Assembly (NCBI GenBank): GCA_973895155.1
Contig: OZ316891.1
Location: 17,916,095-17,980,094, forward strand
From: Marsupella aquatica
Lineage: Eukaryota; Plantae; Marchantiophyta
Length of the DNA: 64,000 bases
Direction of reading: 5' to 3'
Below, piece by piece: positions 23,400-36,959 of the stretch. Under the pieces are notes generated by a model. That model saw nothing but the letters and a program-made list of their open reading frames with translations. It had not been told where the DNA came from and did not search any database. The position numbers and the translations under genes are program-made. Positions within the stretch are counted from its first letter, which is position 1. Each line of letters starts with the position of its first letter.

Positions 23400-26300
23400 G
23401 AAGGATGCGTGATGTACCACCCCAGCTTGAGTGACAATGTTAGTCGCTAGAAATGAGAGCTTTAAAGCACATTGTTTGGAGTGGTTTCCGGAGTGACAGA
23501 CTTACAATGGATAATGAGAAGTGGATCCACCTTGCCGCAATTCTCGCAGGGTCACGATTAAAGGAGGAGGGTTGGGCCCGCCGCCACCACAATTCCTCCG
23601 GTTAGCTCCCCCATGGTGAACCCATGGGACACCCCCATCACGTATGCCAACTAGTTATAGCAACGACAATGAGATTGTGACGCATAAATTGCCAAGGTGG
23701 AGAGATTTGAGGCACCCAAGTGATGCAACATCATGAACTCCACACAAATCACTCCAAGACTCTACAGAATTACAAATATGGGGCTTATTTGATGCATCCA
23801 CACAATTCACTCCTTTTAGCACTAGTTCATGGCAAGTGATCGCACCAATGTGTGTTGCATCACTCAAATATGGATGTAGTTTGTAGTTGCAAGAAGATGA
23901 GAGCCCGAAAGGACCTTATGTTAAGTGGTTGGGCTGGTATTTACCAATGCACTTGATTGGAAGTTCAAACACATAACTTTCCCAACTCAAAACATGGTGG
24001 TATTTCAAGTGACAGGTGCCCAAAACCCTCAAACCAGGTGTTCTGTAGTGGTTTGGGTACAATTTGTAAAAAAGAATTTATTTATCGCTGTAATTTTGGT
24101 GGCATGCATATCGTGACTGAAAATGTGTGTTGCTAATGACATCATTGGGAGAGATTTTCGACATCACAAAATAATCCTTTCAATTTTCAGTCATTTGTCA
24201 AAACTGTTTTGACACTCTAATGTTGATGGCATTTGTAGTTGCAAAATGTATTTAAAGAATGACATTATTCATAGTGATTTCTGAGAATGAAAAATGATCT
24301 ACTTCATTTCAAGTCATTTGCAAGGCCCTGCATTGACACTCTACTCTTAGTGGCATTTGGAGTCACTAAAATGTGCGAAGAGAATGACATTCTTTAGAGT
24401 GATTTTGGACCAAAAGAGGATGTGGCACTTGGTTTGTAGTTGCATCAAATAATATTTATTGGACTCTAATATTAGTGGCATTTCTAGTCAGACAATTTGT
24501 GATAATAATGACTTTACTTAAAGAGATTTTGTACATTGACAATTAATTCACTCAATCTTAAGTTGTTTGTAAGAATTTCCTTATCACTAAAATATTTTTA
24601 AGTGATTTTGCCAAAATTCATTTATGACTCCACTATTGGTGATATTTATAGTAACAAAAGGTGTGCTCACAAATGACATTATTTCAAGTAATTAAGATCA
24701 CTAATTGGAAAAGATTCACTTGATTGGGAGTTGATTGAAAAAACACCTTTACCATTCAAATATTGGTGGTACTTGTATTTGTAGTGCTTTTGGCCAGTAG
24801 TAAAATCTTAGTTAAAAATAGAGTTGTAAACATTGACGGTGTAATGGACGGTGGATTGTAGTGATTTGCAAATTGTGTAATATACAACTCTAATTAAAGT
24901 GATCTAAGTTTTAGTGGCAAAAAAAAGAGTTGTAATTAGTGATTAAGGTAACATAGTTCTAATTAGAGTCACAAAATGCAAATTATTACAACCCATTAAA
25001 AAAACAGTGGTTGGCACCACGTATGAGTTGTTTAGGCAAAGTAGTTGCAAGGCATGTAGTAGTAAAACACAGGTTTTCTTCTAGTGTGGGTCTTAACACC
25101 AAAAACGTCACTATGGGTGCCAAAACCATCTCCTTGTACCTGAGGATCACAAAGGGATGTTGTGAAGGCCGGTAAACACCAATTTATGCCCTTAACACCA
25201 GACTATCATAGCAAGACTCCGTCACACATCACCCAAGCTCAATCCCTAAGAACCAAGGTTGGAATTAGATCATGTGCTCATGATAGTTCTGGTGAGAAGG
25301 GGTCTTCATATTGGGCCCGTACACACATGGCCTAGCGCTATGGTGCGCATATGTCTATACATATGCTTACTGTCATAAGTATATTTCTATTCCGCCATTG
25401 GAATGTACCCATAAACCAGTGACTCCTGACTGATTCCCGGCTTAGGGACTTCTAAGCCATTGCCCCACCACTCTGCCATTCCACTCTCAGCAATCAGAGC
25501 TGTGACAGCCCTCACCCAACCCACTTCAATGCACCTGATACACCTCTCAATGGCGTTGCTAGTCCCATCATACACTCAAATTGCCTCACACACACACACA
25601 TCCATGAGAGAAATGAGGCCTGAGAGGAAAACTCAGTTAGATTCAAAGATGTGCACAATAGTTCACTGAAAACACTTGATCCGAACAATAGGCCCGAAGG
25701 CTGTCTCCTCCAGATTGCGACATGCTTGCCCTGCAAGCTCAATCCTGAACCTGAGCCCGACTCACTCCAGATTGCGACGGTAGATTGGACTCGAACCAAT
25801 CCTGTACTTGGCTTGCAAACTCAATCCTGAACTCAACCTCCTTCACTGCACTTCATTCTTGGGGGCACATACAGATCTCACACCTCCATTTCAGAATGTC
25901 AAGTTACGCATGTACAGTTGACTCGACTTCAAAGCTGGTACCAGGCCTAACGGCGATCTACCCTAGACTGCAATGAGGCCCGGCCTCATGCTTGCCCTGC
26001 AAGCTCAGCCCTGGCCATAAATCCCTTAGTGCTCTCTCCCAGACAAAGGCCGGGACTCCCCATGGATCACGTAGCCTTGCCAGACTAAACTGTAAATGCT
26101 CCTCCTGCTGCCCCTCAATCAGTATCTCAGCCTCCCTAATGTGCTCACCACAAATCACATTGAAATCCTCCCCACAATTTACAATCACCAACACATCACC
26201 TATCACCAAGGCTCTGTATCGGGGGGAAAGAACCCAGTTGTGTTGCCTACTAGAAAGAGCCACAATCCAGCTTGCAAACCTGGCCAACTATTGCTGTGAA

Positions 26301-27202
26301 GCGTGGTTGATTACTCCCTGAGTAATAGCACAACCAAGCTCTCCCCAACACAAGCTTCCAAGCCCAGCCTTCCTTGCACAGAGCTCCTCCCTGCTACTCA
26401 ATCCACGTGAGATCACACAACTGAAGTTCCCCCTGGCTCTACCGGGGGGCTGCTCTATATCCTCTCATACTGAGCCCAAATGGGTGGATACTACGCTGCT
26501 GGAGCCCCATCCTAGCCCTAACAGAGCCGCCACTATCTCTAACTACTGAACCCTAACTCGCAACTTTATTTCTATCTCGAATTGGCTATGTACTTTGGAT
26601 TTGACCCTCCTCCATGGTTTTTGCAAGCTTGCGCCTCCTCTCCCGATTTCTCTATTCAACCATTTGCTGCGTGGATAGCAGCGTTGGAAGCGGCTTGAGT
26701 TCCTCTTTCCAACGATGTCAATTATAGCCGATTTGGTCAAATACACAGAAAGTTATACCCCCGTAACCGAGAGGGGGTACTCACCGCTGCGTTAACCCGA
26801 GTTACATAGCTAATCCGAGTTTGGCTAACCTAGCTATCCTATCTAACCCGACTAGAGCTAACCCATGGTCTCGGGTTAGGCCGCTACCCGCTATCCGCTA
26901 ACCTAGGCTAAGCTGAGCCCGAACCCGAGCTTAGGCTAACCAAAGTTCTGTCTAACCCGGGCTCAATCTAACCCGGGTTTGGGTTAAGCCTAAGTTGATC
27001 GAAGCCGTGTTAACCTGAGCTAAGCTGAAGCTATGCTGACCTGAGCTAAGCTGAAGCCGTGCTGACATGCGATAAGCTAAAGCCGTGCTGACCTGAGCTA
27101 AGCTGAATCCAAGCTCACATAAGCTAAGCCGTGGGCTTAGCTTAGGGTAACCCAAAACCGAAGCTGAATCCGCTCATTCCGGCCACAAGTTAACCCGTCA
27201 CA
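23400..27202 (-). mobile_element. Degenerate Gypsy (Tat-like) LTR retroelement 5' part: putative LTR 27202-26534, PBS and gag remnants
   Basis: Minus strand starts TGTGACGG at 27202. Degenerate tRNA-Arg-type PBS TGGCGGCTCTGTTAGGG starts at 26532. CENCGK zinc-knuckle remnant at ~23530-23550. Tandem GCTAAGCTGAAGCC repeats at 26800-27160. Confidence 0.45.
24040..25086 (+). mobile_element. Right end of a second, truncated CACTA element
   Basis: GGTTTTCTTCTAGTG ends at 25086 (reverse complement CACTAGAAGAAAACC) after AT-rich subterminal repeats (AATGACATT, GAGTTGTA). No matching left end was seen. Confidence 0.65.
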
Positions 27203-27829
27203 CTAATCAGACCATATCTTTCTTAATATACCTCTATTTCCCAAGTGTTTTTATATCGATTTTACTCGCCTTGACCAGATCTTTCCAATGCTCTTTACAG
27301 ATCCGGATTTGGTGAGTATTGAAAGAGATATGGTCACCGACCACCCGCAACATAGCTTTTATTTCCCTAACATTCTAAGACTAGACTATGAACCACTAAC
27401 CCAAATAACAAAATGAAGCTACACACCCAAGACATTTAGATTTCATCCTGAGCACAATCACCATACCCCACGGCTTCATATTCAGCTATGGAGACTCGCT
27501 TCCTTGAATTACCATGCCTACCTCCGTACCGGCGTCTTGAAGAGCCTCCATGCTCCATCTTGCTTGTCAAGAAGATGGTATGCTTGAAGAGCTGAATCCT
27601 CTCTTCCCCAGTTTCTCCTTTGTGGCCTTGACAGTGACTACCTCAACTGTGTCTGCCTTGGTTGTGCAGTCTTCAAGCTTAAATACCTTTATCCCTACTC
27701 TTAACGCCATGATTGCCCTTATTCTTGCCAGCTGGCTAATTGTTATGCGGTATCAATAGCTACTCCTTGCATACAACAGCCTAGTTAATTGGATTATAGA
27801 ATAAGGACCATGTCATCAGCGTCACACCG

Positions 27830-28203
27830 AACCAACAATTGAGGAAGGCTTGTACCCTGGCGGGTATGTCATCGAAGTGATGACGCTGTAATTTCACCGT
27901 GCCAAGGATCCTAAAAACCTCGTCCGGGAGTCAAAGGAGCGCTTCTCCGAAGCCGAGGTACTTGGTTCCCTTGAAGAAGAACTTGGAGATCTCTGCGTCC
28001 CGACAGTACTTGCTCTCAAATGGAAGGTTGAGGTCGTTCTTGTAATGAGAGCGCCCGTTCAACCGGATAAGCCGTTTGTAATGCCTTTTGGCTTTGTACC
28101 TTCGCGGGTTGTGTTCTGCAAGTGAGGTTGCAAGATGGTTACCAATGCACAGAAATTGGTACCAAAAGCAAATAGCCAAACTGGACATAACCGTGACAGA
28201 CAT
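27830..28203 (-). pseudogene. Unknown protein, paralogue of the region starting at 29224 (+)
   Basis: SSLAICFWYQFL...KRHYKRLIRL.GR.HY...EALL*LPDEVF...LQRHHFDDIPARV; TATAAAA on the minus strand at ~28311-28317. Confidence 0.55.
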
Positions 28204-29223
28204 ATGGCAAAGTGTCAAGGGCTGGTTGAATCACTAAGTGCGCAAAGGGGCCGAGCTCAAAGCTTGCGCGAGGAAAGAACTGGTAAATTAGAGACGGGGA
28301 AGAGTCTGCCTTTTATACCCCTCTTGTGCGTTGATCAATCGGCCCTTCTCGCTCACAATAGGCCAAGCTTGTCACACTCGAGGCTTACCGATCACTCCTT
28401 CCATCCGGGTCAAAGCATGGCAGAGAGCTGCCTCTGGATCAATTATAAGGATCCGAGGCTGACAGCCATAACGCGCCCCTAATCTGGTGGTACGTCAGGT
28501 GCCATGCCGCCAGCCCGAGCATAAACTCCCATTATTACTAAAACCTATCCTAAGCATCATGACTAGCTAATTTTGTGTCGTTATGCTAATAACTACGGAT
28601 TCCTATGTCTACTCCATACGTGCTTAACATAGATTAAGCCATATTACTCATTACCAGCTGTGTTGGCGGCATCACAACATAAAGTGAGGCACATCACATT
28701 CTAGTGCAGATTTCCAAAGTGCTGACCTGCTGGCTACTGCCCTATCCCAGCGTGACATCGCCGGTACGGTGGCTAATAAATGATTCGGCCTAACCACGCT
28801 TAGCACGCGCAGTAGAGGTATCTTAGGCCGTAATTATTAACATAACGACAGTATTTAGGTAGCCATTATGAGTAGGAAATCATTAGTCAATAAGGGGCGT
28901 TCGTGTTCAGGCTGGCGGCGGGTCGCCAGTCGCACGCCCGGGTTGTGAGCGTGTAATGGGCCCTCCCCTTTCCCCCTTGGGTCCAAATAACGAACTTCGG
29001 GAGGCGGCCACTGACATGCGCTGACCCGAACTGGCGGAGTGGCCGGTACATTGCAAGCGTGAAAGGCTTGGCCTATAAGCGATGAGGAGGCGACGGGCGA
29101 TCGACGAGCTCTCAAGGTATAAAAAGGGGGACGATCTTTTGTAGTGCACCAGTTCTTCAATCCACGCGCCAGCTTCGACCCTAGTTCTCTCGTTTATCCT
29201 TAGTCGCCTTCCATCTCCTCTAA

Positions 29224-31890
29224 ATGACGCACACGATCCTTTCTAGTTTGGCCATACGATTCTGGAAGCAATTCTTGTCTATCAGAGGGCATTGGCCGAC
29301 TCGTTGAAACACGCCAACCCACAACAATACGAGATCAAACGCAAGTACAAGAGAGCCATCCGCCTAGCAGGCCGCCATCACTATCTCCTTAACTTTGATT
29401 ACCCATCCTAGAGCAAGCTTTACCGACCCAAAGAAATATCACGCTACTTCTTCGACAGAGGCAAATATATCGGCTTCTGGGAGGCATTGCTTTGGCTCCC
29501 GAACAAGGTCTTCAATATTCCGAGCACAATCGACTTACAGCGGCACCACTTTGACCACATCCCCGCTCGGGTCCGGGACATCATCAACAGCGAGTCCAGC
29601 GCTACCCGATCTACAAGGGCGTCTACACTTGCATCAAAAAACCTCTACCGGCACCTATAGAATTTCATGGCAACTACACCATCAACCACCGGTGCCAGCT
29701 CAGCCATGCCCGTACCCGCACCAGCCCAGGCTCAGGCTCAGGCTTAGTCTCAGGCTCAGGCTCAGCCTCAACCTCAATTTAGCCTCAACCTAGCCGATCC
29801 CCACCACCGGTCACCCCGCCAGTACAAGTACGCTCCATCGTCAACGCTGTGGACCTCAGCGATGACAAAGACGATACCTTACCCCTGCTTAGGCGGCCTA
29901 GAGGATCAAGCACCCAGGGATCCAGCACTACATTGCCCCTTCCCCAGGCCCGGACCCGAGTAGTGGCTCTAGCGGATAACACGGTGACCGTAGCCTCCCC
30001 GGCCCCAATACTAACGGCGGTGGCACTACCCATACCCGATCAGGAGGATGGGGAGGTGTCACCCTCCCCGAGCCATCACGGGAGTCAGTCTCGGGGAAAG
30101 AAGAGGAAGGAACCCGCAGCTGTATCCGGGCTACCCATGGCCACGGTAGCCGCGGCCAAGGTAACAATGCACCGCATGGGGGAAAACGTGCATAAGAACA
30201 TCCTCGACCCCAACCATGCGGTGTACTTGAAGACTCAGGGGTTTGAGCACCTCGCCTCTCTCCCCTAGAACACCTGCAGATACTACGGGGAGGACATGAC
30301 GGAGTTTGTCAAGAATTATGACAACGTCCGTCAGCATACTTGGTTGCGGGGGAGGAATATGTCCCTCACAGAGGAGCGGCTCAGGATGATCTTTGGGCTA
30401 CCCAAGGGCGATCACCGAGTCGAATCACGGGCTCCCAGGGGCAAGGGAGCCAAGTACCAATCCTCGAGTTTTCCCTCCGAGGGGTCAGTGGACAACGGGT
30501 TCATGATGAGGACCTGCCTCATCCCCGAGATAGCTGAGTGGCTGGAGTTCCAGAGGTACGCCCTCCACATGATGGAACCCCGGGGCGAGATCTCCGCTGC
30601 CCAGGTTATCCAGGTCAAGAACTATCAACCTAGGAAGTGGGCTTCGTACTTCGCTACAAAGTTCCATGAAGAGATGGAGCGGCGAAGGAAGTCGCTATAC
30701 ATCAGCGGGAAGGCGTATTTCGCGAGCCACATCGAGATCATTCTCGAGTGGTACGCCCGGTTTGATTGACAAACCCATCCCCAGGTCAACGTAACTAAGT
30801 TGGTCCCGACTAAGTGGATCTTCCCGGCCTTGGAGAGACGGCCTCAACCCGAGGCTCGAAGTCTGGCGGCGACGCAGGCCTCACCCATCCAACCTCCACA
30901 GGTAGCGGTAGCCGTGGCCGAAGAAGTACCGGAAGAGGCAGTGATCGCAACCTTAGACGCGAACCAGGCCGGGCCTGGTGCAGAAGTCGGGGCGGTGGAG
31001 GCCTTGCTCGAGCCCGAGGGTCCAAAAGACCCACCAGTGGCTATTCCAGAGGACAGCCCGATGGTGGAGGAGGACACTCTAGCCCCTTCCAACACTACAT
31101 CCCCAGGGCTGGATGTCACTACCCCGGCTCCCACGCGAGTTAACGTCTGCCCGTGCTCAACTCCAGACGGGCATAACCTGGACCACCCGGAACTCTTTGT
31201 ACCGGGTACATTTATAAATGGGCTTTTGGGAGATTTCTCCCAACAGATAGCCCGGGATACCGGGGAGTTCATGGCTCAGAAGGTAGCCTACGTCTTCAAT
31301 CAGGAGTTGGTTACCGCAATAAAGGCAGGTCGAGCTCAATCGGAGGCCCTTCAGTGGATAGAGCGGTATCGGGTTGAGTCCGTGTACCTAAAGGATGAAG
31401 TTGCGGCTCAAGAGGCTGAGCTTCTGCAACTACGACCCAAGGTTGCAACCGCCAATGAGTTGTTAGCAAATGTGCATGCCCTTACCGCCTTAGCCAAACA
31501 GGCCAAAGCCGGGAAGGAGGCCGAGATTGCACGGCTCTGGACCCAGGTTGAGAGTTTGAAGAACCAAACTGTCATCTGGCAGAAAGACCTAGAGGAGGCC
31601 GAAGAGCGGGCCCAGCGTGACACTGCGGAGATTGCCACCCTGCAAGCCAAAGTGGCACGGCTTCAAGCCGAAGCCGAGAAACAGACCCAGGTGGTGGACA
31701 AGCTGTCAAGCAACGCCCAGCAACTGGAAGAGGCATGCCAGGAGGCAGCTGAGGACACGGACGCGGCGAAGCAAGAAAACAAATCTCTGCTAGATCAAGT
31801 CCGGCTCCTCAAGGCGGACAACGACAGACTCCGTAGGTAGAGGGATGGCCGCTCCCACTCGGACGGCTCTGGCAAGCGCTCCAGACATTA
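29224..31890 (+). pseudogene. Large TE-accessory gene: unknown N-terminal domain, Pro/Ser linker, plant-mobile-domain-like region and C-terminal coiled coil; several stops
   Basis: Collinear ORF pieces 29224-29640, 29849-30268, 30296-30769 (EFVKNYD...LRGRNMSLTEERLRMIFGLP) and 30800-31840 (heptad-rich); TATAAAA at ~29118. Confidence 0.55.
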
Positions 31891-32917
31891 GCGGAGGGTT
31901 AGGCTTAGAATAGACTTAGGAGTAGCTAAAACAGGCTGGTAGGACAAGTGTCGGCCAGAAGATAGCGGCGTTGACAACATTAGCCAGCCTGTGTAGAATA
32001 GGTTAGACTAATAGGACAAGCAAGCACCAGCTTAGTAAGGATATAAGTTAGCGTAGATTTGGGCACAAGGCCAGGCCGGTCCTTGGCCCTTAGTATTTAG
32101 CGGCCCCCCAGTAGAGGCAAGGGGAGGGGGATTTTAGACTCAGAGGTTGGCCATTCGCAGTACGCACGGGAGTCCCGAACTCGATGAAGTACCGGAGTGC
32201 CAAGGGGAGGGTATACAACTAAGCTCGCGGGGCGAGTGCGGAGCCGGGCTCCGTTGTAGTGTATACTCCTCGGCCTTGGGCCCGTTTGTTCACGAGGTGT
32301 CGGGTTAACCAATCGTAAAGTGTATGATCATAAATGAATGAAATCCTTTCTCCTTAATTCCTTTGTGTAAATCAAGATTTCTGTTATGTATGAATGCATG
32401 TATGAGTCTCGTGTGCAAGTATCAACACCGGGCCGAACATGTTATGCCAACCGTGCACGGGGTGCCGGATACGGGTACGGGGTTGCGAGCCTTTTTTGAG
32501 CCCTTGTACTAATGGATCCGGATTGAAGGCGGTAACACAAAGGCTTAGATCGAAGTCCATGAGCCGGGGTCGACCCCGTGTCGACTAAGGTACGTTCCGG
32601 CGGCGGAACACAAACTATACCTAGGAGGTGTCTGTACATAACAGTAAGCGCACTTAGCGCTAGTTTACGTGAGTTAGGAGCATTTTGTGCGTCCCTCCCT
32701 GCCCGAACCCTCATATTTACAAAGGATCTGCTTGTCTAAGCCAAAGCCCGAGTTAAGGCCTAGGCTGACAACGTGACACCCAGCCAAACTACGTGGACAA
32801 CATTGAAAACCTAAATTAAAGCCTCTGTCCAAGGTTGAATTCATCATGTAGCCTTCAAATTAGTCCTAGCAGTATATCCCCATTCAAGTTTGGGTTCTCT
32901 GGTGGGACTTCAGATGC

Positions 32918-33480
32918 CTATTGTTCAACACTCAAACATGAGCTGGGAGAAGTTGATGGCAGCCTACTTCTGGATTTTGGACCATGTCTTAGGAACACTG
33001 GCTTTGGCACATTTGGTTTTGGATCCACAAAGGAAATGTTCTTCACACTGATTTCATAGTCCCAAACTTTGAATTGGACCATAGCCATGGGTGTTCCTTG
33101 GGTCAAAGCATGAACGTACTAAATCTGCTCAGATTCTGAGCAACTCACAAATTCAACGGCACTGCAATCCAAGAAGGTCTCTGTTGCATCCCATAGGTTT
33201 GCACGTAGAGGTGGAACCCCTCCATGAACAGCATCAATGAAAACCAATTCAAAACAAAATCAATGCCTTCCGGGCATTGAATGTTCACAATTTTGCCCAA
33301 ACTCTAAGGATCTTGCACATATCCTTCCTGTTGGCAGCTTAGCTGGACAGAACAGGTATACAATTAAAGTTTTGAGGATAAAATCAAGCAGCGACAAAGT
33401 TTGCAACATAGACCAATGTTGGGGATTGAACAACCATCTGTCCCTTCATTCTACAGTCTTTGACTTCAGCTAACGATGTG
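32918..33480 (-). pseudogene. RPA1 C-terminal OB-fold-like pseudogene
   Basis: Reading through stops gives ...CEHSMPGRH*FCFELVFIDA...ANLWDATETFLDCSAVEF, resembling the RPA1 DBD-C pattern R..L.V.D......F...E.LLG.SA. Confidence 0.4.
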
Positions 33481-36400
33481 TACACAACCATCGTAAGAAG
33501 AAACAGGAATGACACGATGATCACCTTCCAGGCTGCAAATGAAAAGCACAACATGAATTCTTGGCCTAAGCCTGGCAATGAAATAGAGAACTGAGAGATG
33601 TGTGGGCAAAGCCTAAATGCGCTTTCATGAACCTGAACAACAACTTGTCTTGACTCTGCTCCACCCTTCGTGATCCCCCTCGGGATTTGGCTCCACTCTT
33701 TGACAGCCTTGCATGGGTTACCAATGTGGGCCAGCGACTCCCCGTGACTGTCACAACAAGCGTCTTCGTGCGGCCCAGTCGAAAGTGGAGTTGCCGTTGG
33801 GTAAGTGGCTGTCGCGATGTCCCTCGATCAAACACTCTGTCAAAGCAAATGGTGGATTGCATGATTGAAGACTACCAAAGGAGGCAAAAAGTCTCCAGTC
33901 CTTTCACTAATCCAAAGGATTGTCAACAACCAAGATTAGCACATCTAAAGTCAAAAAGGACTTAAACAAATCAAATGCGTATAAGATGCATTCATTAGTA
34001 TTTCAGCTCCCGAGGTAACCCCTTTCTTGTCGCAACTCTAATTTATGAGTGAAGGACAACCGGTTCTCTAGGAGAGTGCTGGCACTATTAGTTCTGCGTG
34101 GAGGACTTTTCAAAAACAAGGAGTCAAAGTCCTTTGGAGAAACTCATTTTTTGTCCCGACATGTAATTTACAGTTGGACAACTAGTTCTGTGGGAGAATG
34201 TCGTCGGTGCTACTAGTTTCGCAGGGAATTTTCAAAATCTAGGAGTGAGAGTCCTTCTCACTTAGGCGCGAGCTACAATTTGTTCAGAAAGTATCAAAGC
34301 CGAGCGCAAGGGTCCATACTTAGCCTCGTGAAGCACAAGATGGATGCCTCTGTGAGAATTCATTCAAGAGCAGTCGTGCGATGATGTGAGATTCAAGATG
34401 TTCTAATTTGTGTTGCCTTCAAAGCATGGGGAATGAGCTCATGCAAAAAGGAGGGTAGGGTTTACTTGAAGCTCTCCCAAACAGCCAATCAAGCTGCAGA
34501 TTTAATTTGCGTCTGAAGCTTCACGGATGACATTCAAATCCGAGCATGAGCAAGGGGAATGAGCGCAAAAAGGAGGGCAATGAAGCTGCAAGTTTTATTA
34601 GGGTCTGAAGCATTGCTGATGATGACGGGAACTTTGGGAAAGAGTGCGAAGGAGGTCTGAAGAGGATCAAAGGGTTGAATATTGACTCAAATCACTCACT
34701 AGCAGCCATCATCGGCAGAATTGAGGTAAATATATGCCTCAATGCTTTTGTTTTCGAAGAGGAGATTTTTCTTTGCACTGAAGAAGCAAGGACGTTGGAC
34801 AGAGTATGTGATGATTGACAGAATCAGAGTAGCTTAAATTTTGAAAGGCTTTGTTTGTTAACAAGAGTTCAAGTTGCGTTAAAGTCTGGAATGACCAACA
34901 TTGGCCTTTAAAATACCTAGCCTAGCTTGTGGAACGCAAAATAGGTAGCAACTCTGGAAAGTTCTATGATTGGGTTAAATTGATTGAAAGAGCAAGATCC
35001 GTGGTATGATGTGAGATCCATGCTCTGATAAATCCATGTTGCCTTCAGAGCATGGGGAATGAGTGCAAAAAGGAGGTTCAATGAACCTGCAGATTTATTA
35101 GGGTGTGAAGCTTTGCTGCCGACATACATTTGAATCCGAATAGGAACTTCAAGAAAGAGCATGGAGAGGAAGGTCAAGCAATCAATCAAATCAGTATTGG
35201 CAGCTATCTTGAACAGAATTGAGGTACATTAAATTAAATTGATTTGCTTTTGTTTTGAAGAGGAGAAGTTGCTTTGGACTGGAGAAGCAAGGACACTAGC
35301 TAGACAGAGTATTTGATGATCGACACAATTTAGGGAGTTCCCAGTTTGAAAGGCTTTTCTTAGGGCTTTTCTTTTTCAAGAGGAGAAGTTGCATTGGACT
35401 CGATCAGGAAGGGTAGCAAGTCTAGAGATTAAATGTGATGATTTTGTGAGGTATCTTCTAAGTCATGAATTGAAATTGGATCCCTAGGACGTAGGTGAAT
35501 TTGATTCTATGAGGGTGGGCGGCCTTTGATTGGTAAAGGAAGTTGAACACCCCGACGTATTAAATGCTCCATGATTAGGCTGAAATGGCTACTCTTAATC
35601 AGGTATCCGATGCCCTAGCAAGAGAGAGGTTGGAGAAGCAAAGGTTGGCAAATCGCAAATCCAAGTTGAAAAGACAAGAGCAAATAGCAAACGGTCAGCA
35701 CATAGGTGGTCAACAGGCAGTTCCCACTGATGAAATGATTCATGAAACACAACAACAGTGCAATCTCATGATGGAGAGTGCTAAGCAGCAATGTCAAGAT
35801 TTAGTGATTGATGGCAACCGAAGGCAAAGAGAGTTATTGGCTGCTGGGCAATCAGAGGCAATGAGAATTACTAGTGAGGCTCATGAAGCTGCCGCTGTGA
35901 TGTTGCGTACAGCCCGGGAAGAAAGTGAAAATCTCAAGGAGGCTGCGCATTCATGCCATTTTGAGATTTTAGAGTCTAGGCGGAGGACCCTAAGGGCAAG
36001 CATTCCAACACAGGTCAACGCCCACATTCGAATGCCAAGGCAGAGCACCCAAACTGCTTGCACTCAAGTGCATGCAGCCCACCTTCATCCACTAAATGAA
36101 GGTGAGCACGATAATTGTGGTTGTGATGACCAATTGCAGGAAGATTCCATTCTTGAGAAGAGGAGGAAGGATGCAGACAAGAAGAGATTTGAGTACCAAA
36201 GGAGCAAGCGCTCTGTTCCAGAAGACGGTGTAACTCCCAACCGAAAGAGAAGGTGCATTACAATTGTGTTATCAGATATAGTTAGGTACATTTTGGAGAA
36301 GACTGCTACATTCAATGTAGGTGCAAAGAGGGCAGTACTATCTGGTATCTGGTTGCACAAATACTTGAAGAAGTACCAGCCTACAAGACTAGGTTCGCCT

Positions 36401-36959
36401 AAAATGGATTGGGCTGTAGCTGCTGCATTATGTGATGTGAGGAAAACCTTGAGCATAGTGAAGCAAGGGATGAAGATCGTGAAAAAACTTATCCTATGGG
36501 GGAAAGAAAGGTACGTCGAGATAAGATTTCTGATGAAGTTCGAAAACAGGTGGAACACTTTTGGGAAACCCACACTTAGATTTCTCCATGTAAGAACAAT
36601 GAAGCCAGATTGCGACTAGGGCGGAAAGTGTATGAAACACATCAAGTGCACTGGCTGGAGGATACACAGGTGAGAAATTCTCCATGATTGATTTTGCCAC
36701 TTTTGCTTTTAACTCATAATACAATCTGCAGATGTTGAGAAGTAGTTTTGCTTCATGTGTGCTTTAGCCATTGTGCTCTGCTGTAACCACCTAGTTTCTT
36801 CTTTAAGGTAGGATCTGAATAATTTTGTGAGACCTGACGTCCTATATAGCCTAGCAGGAAGGACTCTGTTCCAGGAAAATTCCTTCAGGACCGACTATCT
36901 AGGCCTTCAGGAAGCACTGTTGAATCCTTGTCAAGTGAAGTCTGGCATGAGAAACAAGT

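Noticed and set aside
32440-32770. Possible solo LTR (TGTTATGCC...GGCTGACA)
   Set aside because: No matching TSD, PBS/PPT or second copy could be found.
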